Position numbers and translations under genes: made by a program. The notes below the pieces were generated by a model that saw only the letters and a list, made by a program, of their open reading frames with translations, made no database searches and had not been told where the DNA came from. DNA of 64,000 nucleotides. It comes from an uncultured Gemmatimonadales bacterium. GTDB taxonomy: Bacteria; Gemmatimonadota; Gemmatimonadetes; Gemmatimonadales; Gemmatimonadaceae. Position 1 is the stretch's first letter. The number at the start of each line of letters is the position of its first letter. This document shows positions 59,699 through 64,000 of this stretch, piece after piece. Location of the stretch: positions 1 to 64,000 of the forward strand of contig CAWBZV010000006.1 of assembly GCA_963793305.1 (NCBI GenBank). Direction: 5' to 3'.

Positions 59699-62152
59699 AT
59701 GGATACGCTCCTCTATGACGTCAGGTATGCCGCACGGAAGCTTCTCAACACTCCGTCCTTTACGGCCATCGCCGTTCTCACACTGGCCCTAGGGATTGGG
59801 GCGACAACGGCGGTCTATAGCGTCGTTGATACGGTCTTGATTCAGCCGTTGCCGTTCAAGGACCCGAGTCAGCTCGTGCTGATCCAGTCGACGGATCGCG
59901 ACGGCACTGCAGACGACGCGTCCCCACTGGACCTCATCGACTATCGCGACCAGAACCGCACGCTCAGCGGCATCGTGATGATGAAGTCGCCGAGCTCCGT
60001 CAGCCTCCGTCGCGACGGCATGGAGACGATTCGCCTCAACGCAGAGCGGGTCAGCGCGAACTTCTTTTCAGTCCTCGGCACGCAGCCCGCGCTCGGCCGC
60101 GTATTCGCGACGGGCGAAGATGGGCCGGGCACCCCTCTCGTCGCCGTCCTGTCCTACCACACGTGGCGCGACGACTATAATGGCGATCCGCACATTGCCG
60201 GCACGTCGATCCGTCTCGACGACACGCTCTACACCGTCGTCGGCGTCGCTCCGCCGGGTCTCACGTATCCAGAGACGCCCGACGTTTGGGTCGCGTACCA
60301 CCTGCAACCGTGGGAGATCAGGCCGGAGAACAGAGGCATGCACGAGTTGCTCGCCGTCGCGCGCATCAAGCCCGGCACCACGGTCGCGGCCGCGCGTGCG
60401 GACCTCGACGAGGTCGCGAGCCGACTCGCCGCGCAGTATCCAAAGTCGAACACCACGGTCCGTGCCCGGGTCTCGCCACTCAAGGCGCAGATGGTCGACC
60501 CGGCAAAGGACGCGCTCCTCGCGGTTCTGGGCGCCGTCGTGCTCGTGCTCCTCATCGCTTGCGCCAACGTCGCCAACTTGCTGCTCATGCGCGCCGCGGG
60601 ACGTCAGACCGAGATCGCCGTCCGCACCGCCCTCGGCGCCAGCCGCGGTCGCGTCGCCCGCCAACTCGTCACCGAGCACGCGCTCCTCACGCTCGCCGCG
60701 GCCACGCTCGGCGCGGTCTTCGCGGTGTGGGCGATCGAAGCCGTCCGCGCCTATGGCCCGCGGGCGCTGCCTCGCCTGGATGAGCTGGCGGTGAACCCGC
60801 GCATGCTGTTGTTCGCCGCGACCATTGCGATCGCCACTGGTCTTCTCTTCGGTCTCGCTCCCGCGATTCAGGCCTCGCGGACGGACGAAGCGGTGCGCCT
60901 CCGCGAGGGTGGCCGCAGCGGCGGCAGCTCGGGCCGCATGACTCGCACCCGGTCAGCGCTCGTTGTGGCCGAGATGGCCCTGGCGGTGGTGCTGCTCGTT
61001 GGCGCGGGACTGTTGTTGAGAAGCTTTGCACGGCTGACGCACGTCGACCCCGGATTCCGCGCCGACCGGGTGATCGCGTTCGACGTTCTGCTGTCGAGGC
61101 GCTACGAGCACGACCCGCAGACGAATGCGTTCGCGTCGAGTCTCATCGACCGCTTGCGGAGTTTGCCCGGCACGATCGACGCGGGTGTCACCGACGCGTA
61201 CCCGTTCGCGGCCCTCAAGTCATTCGGGGCCAGCACCTCGTTCAATGTGGTCGGGCAGCCACCCGCCGCCCTTGGACAGGAGCCGACCACAGACCTGGCC
61301 GGCGTGTCGTCGGGATACTTTCGCGCGCTCGCCATCAAGTTGTCGAAGGGTCGCATCTTTACCACGGCCGAAGATTGGGGCGACACGCCTCCGGTCGTCG
61401 TGATCAACCAGGCCTTCGCCCGCAAGTTTTTCGCCGGCCGGAACCCAATCGGTGAGCACATCGTGCTCGGCATCAGCCATTCGACCGGACCCAAACCCAC
61501 CGATACGTTGACGTCGCAAGGCGAGATCATTGGCGTCGTCGCCGACACGCGCGACGCGTCACTCGCGGACAGCGTCCGGCCCTGGACGTATGTGCCGTTC
61601 GGCGCGCTCCCCTTCCATGTGTCCGGGGTCCTCCGCACCACGGCGGATCCGGCGACGGCAACGCGGGCGATCATCGCCACGGTCGGCGCGATCGACCCCG
61701 AGGTGCCGGTCTACGACATCTCGACGATGAATCAAGCGCTCTCCGCGTCGGTCGCCCAACCGCGGTTCTTCACCGTATTGCTCGGCGCATTCGCCGCGAT
61801 CGCGCTCGCGCTGGCCGCACTCGGGATCTATGGCGTGATCTCGTACTCCGTGAGCCAACGGACCAGCGAGTTGGGCATTCGCATCGCGCTGGGCGCCGCA
61901 CCCGACCGCGTGCTCCGACTGGTCCTCGGCGGCGGCATGACATTGACCGCCGCGGGACTCCTGGTTGGCGTGCTCGGCGCCATCGGGTTCACGCGCGCGA
62001 TCTCGACACTGCTGTTCGGCATTCCGCCGTTCGATCCGTTGACCTACATCGGAGTCGTGTTCGGCTTATCGGCGGTCGCGCTCTTCGCCTGCTGGGTGCC
62101 GGCCCGGCGCGCCGCGCGCGTCGATCCGGTTATCGCGATGCGGACCCAATAA
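59699..62152 (+). CDS. Duplicated MacB/FtsX-domain ABC permease (ADOP-type)
   Basis: TLALGIGATTA, LLIACANVANLLL, EIAVRTALGA, ELGIRIALGA and [19 protein letters not shown]. Confidence 0.93.
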   Translation: MDTLLYDVRYAARKLLNTPSFTAIAVLTLALGIGATTAVYSVVDTVLIQPLPFKDPSQLVLIQSTDRDGTADDASPLDLIDYRDQNRTLSGIVMMKSPSSVSLRRDGMETIRLNAERVSANFFSVLGTQPALGRVFATGEDGPGTPLVAVLSYHTWRDDYNGDPHIAGTSIRLDDTLYTVVGVAPPGLTYPETPDVWVAYHLQPWEIRPENRGMHELLAVARIKPGTTVAAARADLDEVASRLAAQYPKSNTTVRARVSPLKAQMVDPAKDALLAVLGAVVLVLLIACANVANLLLMRAAGRQTEIAVRTALGASRGRVARQLVTEHALLTLAAATLGAVFAVWAIEAVRAYGPRALPRLDELAVNPRMLLFAATIAIATGLLFGLAPAIQASRTDEAVRLREGGRSGGSSGRMTRTRSALVVAEMALAVVLLVGAGLLLRSFARLTHVDPGFRADRVIAFDVLLSRRYEHDPQTNAFASSLIDRLRSLPGTIDAGVTDAYPFAALKSFGASTSFNVVGQPPAALGQEPTTDLAGVSSGYFRALAIKLSKGRIFTTAEDWGDTPPVVVINQAFARKFFAGRNPIGEHIVLGISHSTGPKPTDTLTSQGEIIGVVADTRDASLADSVRPWTYVPFGALPFHVSGVLRTTADPATATRAIIATVGAIDPEVPVYDISTMNQALSASVAQPRFFTVLLGAFAAIALALAALGIYGVISYSVSQRTSELGIRIALGAAPDRVLRLVLGGGMTLTAAGLLVGVLGAIGFTRAISTLLFGIPPFDPLTYIGVVFGLSAVALFACWVPARRAARVDPVIAMRTQ

Positions 62153-62578
62153 GCGACGGAATAGGCGTAGTCGGGGGGTCCGGGGGGCGTCCTTGGGGTT
62201 TGCCCCCCGGAGGCGAACCGACCAGTCGAGCAGCGCGAAGCGCTGCACGACGTGCCGCGGAGCGGCATCGTGTTCGGCCTATCGGCGGTCGCGCTAATCG
62301 CCTGCTGGGTGCCGGCCCGGCGCGCCGCGCGCGTCGATCCGGTTATCGCGATGCGGACCCAATAAGCGACGGAATAGGCGTAGTCGGGGGGTCCGGGGGG
62401 CGTCCTTGGGGTTTGCCCCCCGGAGGCGAACCGACCAGTCGAGCAGCGCGAAGCGCTGCACGACGTGCCGCGGAGCGGCATCGTGTTCGGCCTATCGGCG
62501 GTCGCGCTAATCGCCTGCTGGGTGCCGGCCCGGCGCGCTGCGCGTGTCGATCCGGTCATCGCGATGCGATCGGTATGA
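62055..62578 (+). repeat. 213-bp-period tandem array: three copies of the permease 3' end separated by a REP-like spacer
   Basis: TCGTGTTCGGC... begins at 62055, 62268 and 62481; the two ~115-nt spacers appear identical. Confidence 0.95.
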
Positions 62579-63833
62579 CAGTTCGTCGTCGCTGCGCTGT
62601 GGCGCTCACACGCTCCTTGACGACGAGGCTGCCGCTGACGGCGACGGGGATCGAGCTCGATTGCGTTGTCCCATCGCCCAGCTGTCCGTGATCGTTCATG
62701 CCCCAGCAGTAGGCGGTGCTCGATAGTGTGACACCGCAGGCGTGGGTCGTGCCGATGGACACGCTCCCGAACTCGAGGCCGCCGGCCACGGGAAACGGTA
62801 CAAGGCTACTGCACGGCGCCGTGTTCGTCGTGATGCTATCGCAACTCACGATCGGCGCGCTCGGATTTCCGAGCTGTCCATACCCGCCCCAGCCCCAACA
62901 GTAGACGGCATTCGCCGTGGTAATGCCGCACGTCGTGAGCGCGATCGAGTTCGCGCTCGATGTGATGACACTCCTGAAGACGAGGGCTTGCCCGACCGGC
63001 GTCGGTATCTCGGTGTTCGCTGTCGTGCTGTCGCCGAGGTTGCCGGCGTAGTTCCACCCCCAACAATAGAGTGCACCCGCTCCGGTGAGACCGCACGTGT
63101 ACAGCGAGCCGGCGGAGAGTGAGGCGAACTTGGGTGCTCCAGCGATCGCCAACGGCGTCGTCGACAACGGTATTGAATCGGGCGAGGCGGCCAGCTCGCC
63201 GACCAGGTTCTCGCCCCAGCAAAACGTGGTGCTGTCGGCGGTGAGCGCGCACGTGTGCCAGAATCCCACCGAGATCGCCGTCCAGCGCATGCCCCCTGCC
63301 ACCGCAACCGCCGATGGATGCCGCAGCGTGTCGCCGATGCCGAGCTGTCCGAAGTAATTCTCGCCCCAGCAGTAGGCGGTGCCGGCTTTCGTGAGGCCAC
63401 ACGCGTGGGACGGACCGGTGGCGATCGTAGCGAGCGGCGGCAGACCCGAGGTCACCGAAGTCGGCACGGAGTCCGAGTACAAGCTCCCTGGACCGTCGTT
63501 CAGCGTCTGGCCCCAACAGAGCGCGAGCTCGCCAGAGAGGCCGCACCGGAAGAACTCGGCCCCGCTCAACGCGGTGAACGTGTGATTCCCGGCGACCGCG
63601 ATCGGGGTCAACTCTACCCCGACTGAGTTGCCGTTCCCCAGGGCACCGCCCGTGTCGACTCCCCAGCAGTACGCGCTGCCGCCCTGCGTCAGGAGACACG
63701 TGGACTCGTCTCCGGCGGCGATTCCGGATGGCCCTTCCTGCCTGATCGTTGGCCCCGACGGACCTTTGTCGGTCGAGCACGCAATCGAACACGCGACCGC
63801 GAGACCGACGCAAGCCAGGGGCATGACGCGCAT
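62556..63833 (-). CDS. RCC1-repeat (ATS1-like) beta-propeller lipoprotein
   Basis: Seven H(T/A)CxLT...YCWGxNxxGQLG-type repeats; signal peptide with Cys. Confidence 0.9.
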   Translation of the reverse strand: MRVMPLACVGLAVACSIACSTDKGPSGPTIRQEGPSGIAAGDESTCLLTQGGSAYCWGVDTGGALGNGNSVGVELTPIAVAGNHTFTALSGAEFFRCGLSGELALCWGQTLNDGPGSLYSDSVPTSVTSGLPPLATIATGPSHACGLTKAGTAYCWGENYFGQLGIGDTLRHPSAVAVAGGMRWTAISVGFWHTCALTADSTTFCWGENLVGELAASPDSIPLSTTPLAIAGAPKFASLSAGSLYTCGLTGAGALYCWGWNYAGNLGDSTTANTEIPTPVGQALVFRSVITSSANSIALTTCGITTANAVYCWGWGGYGQLGNPSAPIVSCDSITTNTAPCSSLVPFPVAGGLEFGSVSIGTTHACGVTLSSTAYCWGMNDHGQLGDGTTQSSSIPVAVSGSLVVKERVSATAQRRRTVIPIASR

Positions 63834-64000
63834 GTGCGCGAAAGTACACTGCCCTACGAGTCGACGGCTAGGATTGACCCGCGAGAAACCTCCAGCCTGC
63901 CCGTGTACGGATCAACGTGATGGTCATGTAGCCCGAAAATGTCGCGGTGCCCATCGTCCCCGTATAACTCGTGGCCAGTAGCGCGACATCGGAGTCAACG

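Noticed and set aside
62055..62578. Repeat array as a CRISPR array or a diversity-generating retroelement TR/VR pair
   Set aside because: The period is 213 nt with identical spacers, there is no cas or reverse transcriptase gene in the window, and the differences are mostly synonymous rather than adenine-specific.
63935..64000. Purine-riboswitch-like CGTATAA with flanking inverted repeat ATGTCGCG/CGCGACAT
   Set aside because: The other purine riboswitch core motifs are absent and the window ends here. It is more likely a -10 box for the next gene.

Overview
High-GC bacterial chromosomal DNA. It is most likely Gemmatimonadota, inferred from gene content (SusC/SusD locus, duplicated-domain ABC permease, RCC1 and LVIVD lipoproteins, TPR family), not from a marker gene. 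In order, the window holds: a truncated rluB joined to an unrelated acidic protein; scpB-scpA; rpsT; pyrR-pyrB-pyrC; an accessory stretch of hydrolases, transporters and lipoproteins; crcB; an archaeal-type aspS; a phenylacetyl-CoA (paa) catabolic operon extended by a fused 2-oxoacid dehydrogenase E1 and an aminotransferase; an ECF-sigma/FecR/SusC/SusD/GH3/GH30 glycan locus; an EF-G paralog; and an ABC permease whose 3' end is triplicated. Nine reading-frame breaks resolve as single-base insertions and are probably sequencing errors. I saw no tRNA, rRNA, CRISPR array or transposase. The best leads are missing from the ORF track or not called as such: (1) a 42-aa exported Cys-loop peptide gene convergent with a 394-aa TPR protein, a candidate RRNPP-like peptide signalling cassette; (2) an Asp-codon leader peptide with antiterminator and terminator upstream of aspS; (3) a GNA-triloop REP-like repeat found both inside the scpA 3' end and between the permease 3'-end copies; (4) repeated -10 boxes 5-8 nt before start codons, suggesting leaderless mRNAs.
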